From Escherichia phage T7, in sequence record AY264776.1: a stretch of DNA of 37,664 nucleotides; one strand, written 5' to 3'. The translations under genes and the position numbers were made by a program. The notes under the pieces are model-generated. The model ran no database searches. It saw only the letters and a list, made by a program, of their open reading frames with translations, and was not told the DNA's origin. Numbering within the stretch: position 1 is the first letter of the stretch; each line of letters opens with the position of its first letter. This document shows, piece by piece, positions 8,663 to 19,681 of the stretch.

Positions 8663-9092
8663 AGGAATCCGAAAGGTTGGAGCGTTTCGCTCTGGCCTAG
8701 AGGACAAGGTTTCAAAGCAGTTGGAATCAAAAGGTATTAAATTCGAGTATGAAGAGTGGAAAGTGCCTTATGTAATTCCGGCGAGCAATCACACTTACAC
8801 TCCAGACTTCTTACTTCCAAACGGTATATTCGTTGAGACAAAGGGTCTGTGGGAAAGCGATGATAGAAAGAAACACTTATTAATTAGGGAGCAGCACCCC
8901 GAACTAGACATCCGTATTGTCTTCTCAAGCTCACGTACTAAGTTATACAAAGGTTCTCCAACGTCTTATGGAGAGTTCTGCGAAAAACATGGTATTAAGT
9001 TCGCTGATAAACTGATACCTGCTGAGTGGATAAAGGAACCCAAGAAGGAGGTCTCCTTTGATAGATTAAAAAGGAAAGGAGGAAAGAAATAA
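8643..9092 (+). CDS. 3: Endonuclease I (Holliday-junction resolvase)
   Basis: 149 aa from ATG 8643 (MVGYGVKGIRKVGAFRSGLEDK...); ORF track start 8595 is an upstream extension. Confidence 0.93.
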   Translation: MVGYGVKGIRKVGAFRSGLEDKVSKQLESKGIKFEYEEWKVPYVIPASNHTYTPDFLLPNGIFVETKGLWESDDRKKHLLIREQHPELDIRIVFSSSRTKLYKGSPTSYGEFCEKHGIKFADKLIPAEWIKEPKKEVSFDRLKRKGGKK

Positions 9093-9547
9093 TGGCTCGT
9101 GTACAGTTTAAACAACGTGAATCTACTGACGCAATCTTTGTTCACTGCTCGGCTACCAAGCCAAGTCAGAATGTTGGTGTCCGTGAGATTCGCCAGTGGC
9201 ACAAAGAGCAGGGTTGGCTCGATGTGGGATACCACTTTATCATCAAGCGAGACGGTACTGTGGAGGCAGGACGAGATGAGATGGTTGTAGGCTCTCACGC
9301 TAAGGGTTACAATCACAACTCTATCGGCGTCTGCCTTGTTGGTGGTATCGACGATAAAGGTAAGTTCGACGCTAACTTTACGCCAGCCCAAATGCAATCC
9401 CTTCGCTCACTGCTTGTCACATTGCTGGCTAAGTACGAAGGCGCTGTGCTTCGCGCCCATCATGAGGTGGCGCCGAAGGCTTGCCCTTCGTTCGACCTTA
9501 AGCGTTGGTGGGAGAAGAACGAACTGGTCACTTCTGATCGTGGATAA
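9092..9547 (+). CDS. 3.5: T7 lysozyme (N-acetylmuramoyl-L-alanine amidase; RNAP inhibitor)
   Basis: 151 aa MARVQFKQRESTDAIFVHCSATKPSQNVGVREIRQWHKEQGWLDVGYHFII... Confidence 0.97.
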   Translation: MARVQFKQRESTDAIFVHCSATKPSQNVGVREIRQWHKEQGWLDVGYHFIIKRDGTVEAGRDEMVVGSHAKGYNHNSIGVCLVGGIDDKGKFDANFTPAQMQSLRSLLVTLLAKYEGAVLRAHHEVAPKACPSFDLKRWWEKNELVTSDRG

Positions 9548-9548
9548 T

Positions 9549-9571
9549 TAATTGAACTCACTAAAGGGAGA
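9549..9571 (+). promoter_or_regulatory. T7 promoter phi3.8
   Basis: taattgaactcactaaagggaga followed by a leader hairpin resembling the phi10 leader. Confidence 0.85.
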
Positions 9572-9610
9572 CCACAGCGGTTTCCCTTTGTTCGCATTGG
9601 AGGTCAAATA

Positions 9611-9950
9611 ATGCGCAAGTCTTATAAACAATTCTATAAGGTTCCGAGGAGGCATATTCAAGTGTGGGAGGCAGCCAATGGGTCTATACCAAAAGGTTAT
9701 TATATAGACCACATTGACGGCAATCCACTCAACGACACCTTAGACAATCTCCGTCTGGCTCTCCCAAAAGAAAACTCATGGAACATGAAGACTCCAAAGA
9801 GCAATACCTCAGGACTAAAGGGACTGAGTTGGAGCAAGGAAAGGGAGATGTGGAGAGGCACTGTAACAGCTGAGGATAAACAGCATAACTTTCGTAGTAG
9901 AGATCTATTGGAAGTCGTTGCGTGGATTTATAGAACTAGGAGGGAATTGC

Positions 9951-9976
<26 letters not shown>
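9611..9976 (+). CDS. 3.8: Gene 3.8 protein (HNH endonuclease-like)
   Basis: 121-aa ORF, HxD...N HNH-like core. Confidence 0.85.
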
Positions 9977-11709
<1,733 letters not shown>

Positions 11710-11712
<3 letters not shown>

Positions 11713-11732
11713 TACGACTCACTAAAGGAGAC
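11710..11732 (+). promoter_or_regulatory. T7 promoter phi4.3
   Basis: taatacgactcactaaaggagac. Confidence 0.9.
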
Positions 11733-11737
11733 ACACC

Positions 11738-11950
11738 ATGTTCAAACTGATTAAGAAGTTAGGCCAACTGCTGGTTCGTATGTACAACGTGGAAGCCAAG
11801 CGACTGAACGATGAGGCTCGTAAAGAGGCCACACAGTCACGCGCTCTGGCGATTCGCTCCAACGAACTGGCTGACAGTGCATCCACTAAAGTTACCGAGG
11901 CTGCCCGTGTGGCAAACCAAGCTCAACAGCTTTCCAAATTCTTTGAGTAA
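11738..11950 (+). CDS. 4.3: T7 gene 4.3 protein
   Basis: 70-aa ORF MFKLIKKLGQLLVRMYNVEAKRLNDEARKE... Confidence 0.85.
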   Translation: MFKLIKKLGQLLVRMYNVEAKRLNDEARKEATQSRALAIRSNELADSASTKVTEAARVANQAQQLSKFFE

Positions 11951-11969
11951 TCAAACAGAAGAAACCATT

Positions 11970-12239
11970 ATGTCTAACGTAGCTGAAACTATCCGTCTAT
12001 CCGATACAGCTGACCAGTGGAACCGTCGAGTCCACATCAACGTTCGCAACGGTAAGGCGACTATGGTTTACCGCTGGAAGGACTCTAAGTCTTCTAAGAA
12101 TCACACTCAGCGTATGACGTTGACAGATGAGCAAGCACTGCGTCTGGTCAATGCGCTTACCAAAGCTGCCGTGACAGCAATTCATGAAGCTGGTCGCGTC
12201 AATGAAGCTATGGCTATCCTCGACAAGATTGATAACTAA
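11970..12239 (+). CDS. 4.5: T7 gene 4.5 protein
   Basis: 89 aa from ATG 11970 (MSNVAETIRLSDTADQWNRRVHINVRNGK...); the ORF-track entry carries an upstream extension. Confidence 0.85.
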   Translation: MSNVAETIRLSDTADQWNRRVHINVRNGKATMVYRWKDSKSSKNHTQRMTLTDEQALRLVNALTKAAVTAIHEAGRVNEAMAILDKIDN

Positions 12240-12243
12240 GAGT

Positions 12244-12283
12244 GGTATTCTCAAGGTCGCCAAAGTGGTGGCCTTCATGAATA
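12244..12283 (+). promoter_or_regulatory. RNase III site R4.7
   Basis: ggtattctcaaggtcgccaaagtggtggccttcatga hairpin. Confidence 0.55.
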
Positions 12284-12306
12284 CTATTCGACTCACTATA
12301 GGAGAT
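12284..12306 (+). promoter_or_regulatory. T7 promoter phi4.7
   Basis: ctattcgactcactataggagat. Confidence 0.85.
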
Positions 12307-12312
12307 ATTACC

Positions 12313-12720
12313 ATGCGTGACCCTAAAGTTATCCAAGCAGAAATCGCTAAACTGGAAGTTGAACTGGAGGACGTTAAGTACCATGAAGCTAAGACTCGCT
12401 CCGCTGTTCACATCTTGAAAAACTTAGGCTGGACTTGGACAAGACAGACTGGCTGAAAGAAACCAGAAGTTACCAAGTTGAGTCATAAGGTGTTCGATAA
12501 GGACACTATGACCCACATCAAGGCTGGTGATTGGGTTAAGGTTGACATGGGAATTGTTGGTGGATACGACTACGTCCGCTCAGTTAGTGACAAATATGCA
12601 CAAATGTCATACATCACAGATGTTACTCCACGCGGTGCAATCGTTACCGATAAGACCAACATGATTCACACAGATTTCTTGACAGTTGTTTCATATGAAG
12701 AGATTGTTAAGTCACGATAA
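12313..12720 (+). pseudogene. 4.7: Gene 4.7 interrupted by an in-frame opal (TGA) codon at 12454-12456
   Basis: Two same-frame ORFs (12313..12456 and 12478..12720) together span 408 nt, the length of T7 gene 4.7 (135 aa); junction reads ...TRQTG*KKPEVTKLSHK... Confidence 0.8.
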
Positions 12721-12738
12721 TCAATAGGAGAAATCAAT

Positions 12739-14853
12739 ATGATCGTTTCTGACATCGAAGCTAACGCCCTCTTAGAGAGCGTCACTAAGTGCCACTGCGG
12801 GGTTATCTACGACTACTCCACCGCTGAGTACGTAAGCTACCGTCCGAGTGACTTCGGTGCGTATCTGGATGCGCTGGAAGCCGAGGTTGCACGAGGCGGT
12901 CTTATTGTGTTCCACAACGGTCACAAGTATGACGTTCCTGCATTGACCAAACTGGCAAAGTTGCAATTGAACCGAGAGTTCCACCTTCCTCGTGAGAACT
13001 GTATTGACACCCTTGTGTTGTCACGTTTGATTCATTCCAACCTCAAGGACACCGATATGAGTCTTCTGCGTTCCGGCAAATTGCCCGGAAAACGCTTTGG
13101 GTCTCACACTTTGGAGGCGTGGGGTTATCGCTTAGGCGAGATGAAGGGTGAATACAAAGACGACTTTAAGCGTATGCTTGAAGAGCAGGGTGAAGAATAC
13201 GTTGACGGAATGGAGTGGTGGAACTTCAACGAAGAGATGATGGACTATAACGTTCAGGACGTTGTGGTAACTAAAGCTCTTCTTGAGAAGCTACTCTCTG
13301 ACAAACATTACTTCCCTCCTGAGATTGACTTTACGGACATAGGATACACTACGTTCTGGTCAGAATCCCTTGAGGCCGTTGACATTGAACATCGTGCTGC
13401 ATGGATGCTCGCTAAACAAGAGCGCAACGGGTTCCCGTTTGACACAAAAGCAATCGAAGAGTTGTACGTAGAGTTAGCTTCTCGCCGCTCTGAGTTGCTC
13501 CGTAAATTGACCGAAACGTTCGGCTCGTGGTATCAGCCTAAAGGTGGCACTGAGATGTTCTGCCATCCGCGAACAGATAAGCCACTACCTAAATACCCTC
13601 GCATTAAGACACCTAAAGTTGGTGGTATCTTTAAGAAGCCTAAGAACAAGGCACAGCGAGAAGGCCGTGAGCCTTGCGAACTTGATACCCGCGAGTACGT
13701 TGCTGGTGCTCCTTATACCCCAGTTGAACATGTTGTGTTTAACCCTTCGTCTCGTGACCACATTCAGAAGAAACTCCAAGAGGCTGGGTGGGTCCCGACC
13801 AAGTACACCGATAAGGGTGCTCCTGTGGTGGACGATGAGGTACTCGAAGGAGTACGTGTAGATGACCCTGAGAAGCAAGCCGCTATCGACCTCATTAAAG
13901 AGTACTTGATGATTCAGAAGCGAATCGGACAGTCTGCTGAGGGAGACAAAGCATGGCTTCGTTATGTTGCTGAGGATGGTAAGATTCATGGTTCTGTTAA
14001 CCCTAATGGAGCAGTTACGGGTCGTGCGACCCATGCGTTCCCAAACCTTGCGCAAATTCCGAGTGTACGTTCTCCTTATGGAGAGCAGTGTCGCGCTGCT
14101 TTTGGCGCTGAGCACCATTTGGATGGGATAACTGGTAAGCCTTGGGTTCAGGCTGGCATCGACGCATCCGGTCTTGAGCTACGCTGCTTGGCTCACTTCA
14201 TGGCTCGCTTTGATAACGGCGAGTACGCTCACGAGATTCTTAACGGCGACATCCACACTAAGAACCAGATAGCTGCTGAACTACCTACCCGAGATAACGC
14301 TAAGACATTCATCTATGGGTTCCTCTATGGTGCTGGTGATGAGAAGATTGGACAGATTGTTGGTGCTGGTAAAGAGCGCGGTAAGGAACTCAAGAAGAAA
14401 TTCCTTAAGAACACCCCCGCGATTGCAGCACTCCGCGAGTCTATCCAACAGACACTTGTCGAGTCCTTTCAATGGGTAGCTGGTGAGCAACAAGTCAAGT
14501 GGAAACGCCGCTGGATTAAAGGTCTGGATGGTCGTAAGATACACGTTCGTAGTCCTCACGCTGCCTTGAATACCCTACTGCAATCTGCTGGTGCTCTCAT
14601 CTGCAAACTGTGGATTATCAAGACCGAAGAGATGCTCGTAGAGAAAGGCTTGAAGCATGGCTGGGATGGGGACTTTGCGTACATGGCATGGGTACATGAT
14701 GAAATCCAAGTAGGCTGCCGTACCGAAGAGATTGCTCAGGTGGTCATTGAGACCGCACAAGAAGCGATGCGCTGGGTTGGAGATCACTGGAACTTCCGGT
14801 GTCTTCTGGATACCGAAGGTAAGATGGGTCTTAATTGGGCGATTTGCCACTGA
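12739..14853 (+). CDS. 5: T7 DNA polymerase
   Basis: 704 aa; exonuclease D5/E7 motif, polymerase motifs DASGLELR and HDE intact. Confidence 0.98.
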   Translation: MIVSDIEANALLESVTKCHCGVIYDYSTAEYVSYRPSDFGAYLDALEAEVARGGLIVFHNGHKYDVPALTKLAKLQLNREFHLPRENCIDTLVLSRLIHSNLKDTDMSLLRSGKLPGKRFGSHTLEAWGYRLGEMKGEYKDDFKRMLEEQGEEYVDGMEWWNFNEEMMDYNVQDVVVTKALLEKLLSDKHYFPPEIDFTDIGYTTFWSESLEAVDIEHRAAWMLAKQERNGFPFDTKAIEELYVELASRRSELLRKLTETFGSWYQPKGGTEMFCHPRTDKPLPKYPRIKTPKVGGIFKKPKNKAQREGREPCELDTREYVAGAPYTPVEHVVFNPSSRDHIQKKLQEAGWVPTKYTDKGAPVVDDEVLEGVRVDDPEKQAAIDLIKEYLMIQKRIGQSAEGDKAWLRYVAEDGKIHGSVNPNGAVTGRATHAFPNLAQIPSVRSPYGEQCRAAFGAEHHLDGITGKPWVQAGIDASGLELRCLAHFMARFDNGEYAHEILNGDIHTKNQIAAELPTRDNAKTFIYGFLYGAGDEKIGQIVGAGKERGKELKKKFLKNTPAIAALRESIQQTLVESFQWVAGEQQVKWKRRWIKGLDGRKIHVRSPHAALNTLLQSAGALICKLWIIKTEEMLVEKGLKHGWDGDFAYMAWVHDEIQVGCRTEEIAQVVIETAQEAMRWVGDHWNFRCLLDTEGKMGLNWAICH

Positions 14854-14868
14854 TACAGGAGGCTACTC

Positions 14869-15249
14869 ATGAACGAAAGACACTTAACAGGTGCTGCTTC
14901 TGAAATGCTAGTAGCCTACAAATTTACCAAAGCTGGGTACACTGTCTATTACTCTATGCTGACTCAGAGTAAAGAGGACTTGGTTGTATGTAAGGATGGT
15001 AAATTTAGTAAGGTTCAGGTTAAAACAGCTACAACGGTTCAAACCAACACAGGAGATGCCAAGCAGGTTAGGCTAGGTGAATGCGGTAGGTCCGAATATA
15101 AGGATGGAGACTTTGACATTCTTGCAGTTGTGGTTGACGAAGATGTGCTTATTTTCACATGGGACGAAGTAAAAGGTAAGACATCCATGTGTGTCGGCAA
15201 GAGAAACAAAGGCATAAAACTAGAGGAGAAACTTAATGGCACTTCTTGA
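14869..15249 (+). CDS. 5.3: Gene 5.3 fused in frame to the last ~8-9 codons of gene 5.9 (deletion of 5.5, 5.7 and most of 5.9)
   Basis: 126-aa ORF starting MNERHLTGAASEMLVAYKF (gp5.3) and ending ...EEKLNGTS (gp5.9 C-terminus), overlapping the gene 6 start as 5.9 does in T7. Confidence 0.75.
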   Translation: MNERHLTGAASEMLVAYKFTKAGYTVYYSMLTQSKEDLVVCKDGKFSKVQVKTATTVQTNTGDAKQVRLGECGRSEYKDGDFDILAVVVDEDVLIFTWDEVKGKTSMCVGKRNKGIKLEEKLNGTS

Positions 15250-16138
15250 CCTTAAACAATTCTATGAGTTACGTGAAGGCTGCGACGACAAGAGTATCCT
15301 TGTGATGGACGGCGACTGGCTGGTCTTCCAAGCTATGAGTGCTGCTGAGTTTGATGCCTCTTGGGAGGAAGAGATTTGGCACCGATGCTGTGACCACGCT
15401 AAGGCCCGTCAGATTCTTGAGGATTCCATTAAGTCCTACGAGACCCGTAAGAAGGCTTGGGCAGGTGCTCCAATTGTCCTTGCGTTCACCGATAGTGTTA
15501 ACTGGCGTAAAGAACTGGTTGACCCGAACTATAAGACTAACCGTAAGGCCGTGAAGAAACCTGTAGGGTACTTTGAGTTCCTTGATGCTCTCTTTGAGCG
15601 CGAAGAGTTCTATTGCATCCGTGAGCCTATGCTTGAGGGTGATGACGTTATGGGAGTTATTGCTTCCAATCCGTCTGCCTTCGGTGCTCGTAAGGCTGTA
15701 ATCATCTCTTGCGATAAGGACTTTAAGACCATTCCTAACTGTGACTTCCTGTGGTGTACCACTGGTAACATCCTGATTCAGACCGAAGAGTCCGCTGACT
15801 GGTGGCACCTTTTCCAGACCATCAAGGGTGACATCACTGATGGTTACTCAGGGATTGCTGGATGGGGTGATACCGCCGAGGACTTCTTGAATAACCCGTT
15901 CATAATCGAGCCTAAAACGTCTGTGCTTAAGTCCGGTAAGAACAAAGGCCAAGAGGTTACTAAATGGATTAAACGCGATCCTGAGCCTCATGAGACGCTT
16001 TGGGACTGCATTAAGTCCATTGGCGCGAAGGCTGGTATGACCGAAGAGGATATTATCAAGCAGGGCCAAATGGCTCGAATTCTACGGTTCAACGAGTACA
16101 ACTTTATTGACAAGGAGATTTACCTGTGGAGACCGTAG
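15236..16138 (+). CDS. 6: 5'-3' exonuclease gp6
   Basis: 300 aa MALLDLKQFYELREG... Confidence 0.97.
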   Translation: MALLDLKQFYELREGCDDKSILVMDGDWLVFQAMSAAEFDASWEEEIWHRCCDHAKARQILEDSIKSYETRKKAWAGAPIVLAFTDSVNWRKELVDPNYKTNRKAVKKPVGYFEFLDALFEREEFYCIREPMLEGDDVMGVIASNPSAFGARKAVIISCDKDFKTIPNCDFLWCTTGNILIQTEESADWWHLFQTIKGDITDGYSGIAGWGDTAEDFLNNPFIIEPKTSVLKSGKNKGQEVTKWIKRDPEPHETLWDCIKSIGAKAGMTEEDIIKQGQMARILRFNEYNFIDKEIYLWRP

Positions 16139-16239
16139 CGTATATTGGTCTGGGTCTTTGTGTTCTCGGAGTGTGCCTCATTTCGTGGGGCCTTTGGGAC
16201 TTAGTCAGAATAATCAAGTCGTTACACGACACTAAGTGA
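16126..16239 (+). CDS. 6.3: T7 gene 6.3 small protein (GTG start)
   Basis: 37-codon ORF overlapping the end of gene 6, hydrophobic. Confidence 0.6.
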   Translation: METVAYIGLGLCVLGVCLISWGLWDLVRIIKSLHDTK

Positions 16240-16259
16240 TAAACTCAAGGTCCCTAAAT

Positions 16260-16282
16260 TAATACGACTCACTATAGGGAGA
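16260..16282 (+). promoter_or_regulatory. T7 promoter phi6.5 (consensus class III)
   Basis: taatacgactcactatagggaga, inside an RNase III-type hairpin (R6.5). Confidence 0.95.
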
Positions 16283-16336
16283 TAGGGGCCTTTACGATTA
16301 TTACTTTAAGATTTAACTCTAAGAGGAATCTTTATT

Positions 16337-16591
16337 ATGTTAACACCTATTAACCAATTACTTAAGAACCCTAACGATATTCCAGATGTACCTCGTGCAA
16401 CCGCTGAGTATCTACAGGTTCGATTCAACTATGCGTACCTCGAAGCGTCTGGTCATATAGGACTTATGCGTGCTAATGATTGTAGTGAGGCCCACATCTT
16501 GGGTTTCATTCAGGGCCTACAATATGCCTCTAACGTCATTGACGAGATTGAGTTACGCAAGGAACAACTAAGAAATGATGAGGAGAATTGA
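16337..16591 (+). CDS. 6.5: T7 gene 6.5 protein
   Basis: 84-aa ORF. Confidence 0.85.
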   Translation: MLTPINQLLKNPNDIPDVPRATAEYLQVRFNYAYLEASGHIGLMRANDCSEAHILGFIQGLQYASNVIDEIELRKEQLRNDEEN

Positions 16592-16595
16592 CACT

Positions 16596-16862
16596 ATGTG
16601 TTTCTCACCGAAAATTAAAACTCCGAAGATGGATACCAATCAGATTCGAGCCGTTGAGCCAACGCCTCTGACCCAAGAAGTGTCAAGCGTGGAGTTCGGT
16701 GGGTCTTCTGATGAGACGGATACCGAGGGCACCGAAGTGTCTGGACGCAAAGGCCTCAAGGTCGAACGTGATGATTCCGTAACGAAGTCTAAAGCCAGCG
16801 GCAATGGCTCCGCTCGTATGAAATCTTCCATCCGTAAGTCCGCATTTGGAGGTAAGAAGTGA
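16596..16862 (+). CDS. 6.7: Gene 6.7 virion protein
   Basis: 88 aa from ATG 16596 (MCFSPKIKTPKMDTNQIRAV...). Confidence 0.85.
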   Translation: MCFSPKIKTPKMDTNQIRAVEPTPLTQEVSSVEFGGSSDETDTEGTEVSGRKGLKVERDDSVTKSKASGNGSARMKSSIRKSAFGGKK

Positions 16863-17263
16863 TGTCTGAGTTCACATGTGTGGAGGCTAAGAGTCGCTTC
16901 CGTGCAATCCGGTGGACTGTGGAACACCTTGGGTTGCCTAAAGGATTCGAAGAACACTTTGTGGGCTACAGCCTCTACGTAGACGAAGTGATGGACATGT
17001 TTGGTTGCCGTGAAGAGTACATTCTGGACTCTACCGGAAAACATGTAGCGTACTTCGCGTGGTGCGTAAGCTGTGACATTCACCACAAAGGAGACATTCT
17101 GGATGTAACATCCGTTGTCATTAATCCTGAGGCAGACTCTAAGGGCTTACAGCGATTCCTAGCGAAACGCTTTAAGTACCTTGCGGAACTCCACGATTGC
17201 GATTGGGTGTCTCGTTGTAAACATGAAAGCGAGACAATGCGTGTATACTTTAAGGAGGTATAA
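16862..17263 (+). CDS. 7: Gene 7 protein (host range / virion)
   Basis: 133 aa from ATG 16862; the ORF track begins at an upstream GTG. Confidence 0.85.
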   Translation: MSEFTCVEAKSRFRAIRWTVEHLGLPKGFEEHFVGYSLYVDEVMDMFGCREEYILDSTGKHVAYFAWCVSCDIHHKGDILDVTSVVINPEADSKGLQRFLAKRFKYLAELHDCDWVSRCKHESETMRVYFKEV

Positions 17264-17266
17264 GTT

Positions 17267-17566
17267 ATGGATATGAAAGTTAAGAAGGCCGTGAAGAAAG
17301 TCGCCAAGTTCGTTAAGAAAGTCGTTAAGGAAGGGGCTCGTCCGGTTACACAGGTTGCTGGCGGTCTAGCTGGTCTGGCTGGTGGTACTGGTGAAGCACA
17401 GATGGTGAAAGTACCACAAGCTGCCGCACAGATTGTTGACGTACCTGAGAAAGAGGTTTCCACTGAGGACGAAGCACAGACAGAAAGCGGACGCAAGAAA
17501 GCTCGTGCTGGCGGTAAGAAATCCTTGAGTGTAGCCCGTAGCTCCGGTAGCGGTATCAACATTTAA
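17267..17566 (+). CDS. 7.3: Gene 7.3 tail-associated protein
   Basis: 99 aa, Lys/Ala-rich MDMKVKKAVKKVAKFVKKVVKEG... Confidence 0.9.
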   Translation: MDMKVKKAVKKVAKFVKKVVKEGARPVTQVAGGLAGLAGGTGEAQMVKVPQAAAQIVDVPEKEVSTEDEAQTESGRKKARAGGKKSLSVARSSGSGINI

Positions 17567-17579
17567 TCAAGAGGTTATC

Positions 17580-17972
17580 GTGGAAGACTGCATCGAATGG
17601 GCCGGAGGTGTCAACTCTAAGGGTTATGATCGTAAGTGGGTTAATGGTAAACTTGTGACTCCACATAGGCACATCTGTGAGGAGACATATGATCCAGTTC
17701 CAACAGGAATTGTGGTGATGCATATCTGCGATAACCCTAGGTGCTATAACATAAAGCACCTTACGCTTGGAACTCCAAAGAATAATTCCGAGGACATGGT
17801 TACCAAAGGTAGACAGGCTAAAGGAGAGGAACTAAGCAAGAAACTTACAGAGTCAGACGTTCTCGCTATACGCTCTTCAACCTTAAGCCACCGCTCCTTA
17901 GGAGAACTGTATGGAGTCAGTCAATCAACCATAACGCGAATACTACAGCGTAAAACATGGAGACACATTTAA
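17580..17972 (+). CDS. 7.7: Gene 7.7 protein (HNH endonuclease-like), GTG start
   Basis: 130 aa; HxxxxDNPRCYNxxHL HNH-like core, paralogous to 2.8. Confidence 0.85.
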   Translation: MEDCIEWAGGVNSKGYDRKWVNGKLVTPHRHICEETYDPVPTGIVVMHICDNPRCYNIKHLTLGTPKNNSEDMVTKGRQAKGEELSKKLTESDVLAIRSSTLSHRSLGELYGVSQSTITRILQRKTWRHI

Positions 17973-19582
17973 TGGCTGAGAAACGAACAGGACTTGCAGA
18001 GGATGGCGCAAAGTCTGTCTATGAGCGTTTAAAGAACGACCGTGCTCCCTATGAGACACGCGCTCAGAATTGCGCTCAATATACCATCCCATCATTGTTC
18101 CCTAAGGACTCCGATAACGCCTCTACAGATTATCAAACTCCGTGGCAAGCCGTGGGCGCTCGTGGTCTGAACAATCTAGCCTCTAAGCTCATGCTGGCTC
18201 TATTCCCTATGCAGACTTGGATGCGACTTACTATATCTGAATATGAAGCAAAGCAGTTACTGAGCGACCCCGATGGACTCGCTAAGGTCGATGAGGGCCT
18301 CTCGATGGTAGAGCGTATCATCATGAACTACATTGAGTCTAACAGTTACCGCGTGACTCTCTTTGAGGCTCTCAAACAGTTAGTCGTAGCTGGTAACGTC
18401 CTGCTGTACCTACCGGAACCGGAAGGGTCAAACTATAATCCCATGAAGCTGTACCGATTGTCTTCTTATGTGGTCCAACGAGACGCATTCGGCAACGTTC
18501 TGCAAATGGTGACTCGTGACCAGATAGCTTTTGGTGCTCTCCCTGAGGACATCCGTAAGGCTGTAGAAGGTCAAGGTGGTGAGAAGAAAGCTGATGAGAC
18601 AATCGACGTATACACTCACATCTATCTGGATGAGGACTCAGGTGAATACCTCCGATACGAAGAGGTCGAGGGTATGGAAGTCCAAGGCTCCGATGGAACT
18701 TATCCTAAAGAGGCTTGCCCATACATCCCGATTCGGATGGTCAGACTAGATGGTGAATCCTACGGTCGTTCGTACATTGAGGAATACTTAGGTGACTTAC
18801 GGTCCCTTGAAAATCTCCAAGAGGCTATCGTCAAGATGTCCATGATTAGCTCTAAGGTTATCGGCTTAGTGAATCCTGCTGGTATCACCCAGCCACGCCG
18901 ACTGACCAAAGCTCAGACTGGTGACTTCGTTACTGGTCGTCCAGAAGACATCTCGTTCCTCCAACTGGAGAAGCAAGCAGACTTTACTGTAGCTAAAGCC
19001 GTAAGTGACGCTATCGAGGCTCGTCTTTCGTTTGCCTTTATGTTGAACTCTGCGGTTCAGCGTACAGGTGAACGTGTGACCGCCGAAGAGATTCGGTATG
19101 TAGCTTCTGAACTTGAAGATACTTTAGGTGGTGTCTACTCTATCCTTTCTCAAGAATTACAATTGCCTCTGGTACGAGTGCTCTTGAAGCAACTACAAGC
19201 CACGCAACAGATTCCTGAGTTACCTAAGGAAGCCGTAGAGCCAACCATTAGTACAGGTCTGGAAGCAATTGGTCGAGGACAAGACCTTGATAAGCTGGAG
19301 CGGTGTGTCACTGCGTGGGCTGCACTGGCACCTATGCGGGACGACCCTGATATTAACCTTGCGATGATTAAGTTACGTATTGCCAACGCTATCGGTATTG
19401 ACACTTCTGGTATTCTACTCACCGAAGAACAGAAGCAACAGAAGATGGTCCAACAGTCTATGCAAATGGGTATGGATAATGGTGCTGCTGCGCTGGCTCA
19501 AGGTATGGCTGCACAAGCTACAGCTTCACCTGAGGCTATGGCTGCTGCCGCTGATTCCGTAGGTTTACAGCCGGGAATTTAA
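17972..19582 (+). CDS. 8: Head-tail connector (portal) protein
   Basis: 536 aa from ATG 17972 (MAEKRTGLAEDGAKSVYERL...). Confidence 0.97.
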   Translation: MAEKRTGLAEDGAKSVYERLKNDRAPYETRAQNCAQYTIPSLFPKDSDNASTDYQTPWQAVGARGLNNLASKLMLALFPMQTWMRLTISEYEAKQLLSDPDGLAKVDEGLSMVERIIMNYIESNSYRVTLFEALKQLVVAGNVLLYLPEPEGSNYNPMKLYRLSSYVVQRDAFGNVLQMVTRDQIAFGALPEDIRKAVEGQGGEKKADETIDVYTHIYLDEDSGEYLRYEEVEGMEVQGSDGTYPKEACPYIPIRMVRLDGESYGRSYIEEYLGDLRSLENLQEAIVKMSMISSKVIGLVNPAGITQPRRLTKAQTGDFVTGRPEDISFLQLEKQADFTVAKAVSDAIEARLSFAFMLNSAVQRTGERVTAEEIRYVASELEDTLGGVYSILSQELQLPLVRVLLKQLQATQQIPELPKEAVEPTISTGLEAIGRGQDLDKLERCVTAWAALAPMRDDPDINLAMIKLRIANAIGIDTSGILLTEEQKQQKMVQQSMQMGMDNGAAALAQGMAAQATASPEAMAAAADSVGLQPGI

Positions 19583-19602
19583 TACGACTCACTATAGGGA
19601 GA
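19580..19602 (+). promoter_or_regulatory. T7 promoter phi9
   Basis: taatacgactcactatagggaga. Confidence 0.95.
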
Positions 19603-19681
19603 CCTCATCTTTGAAATGAGCGATGACAAGAGGTTGGAGTCCTCGGTCTTCCTGTAGTTCAACTTTAAGGAGACAATAATA

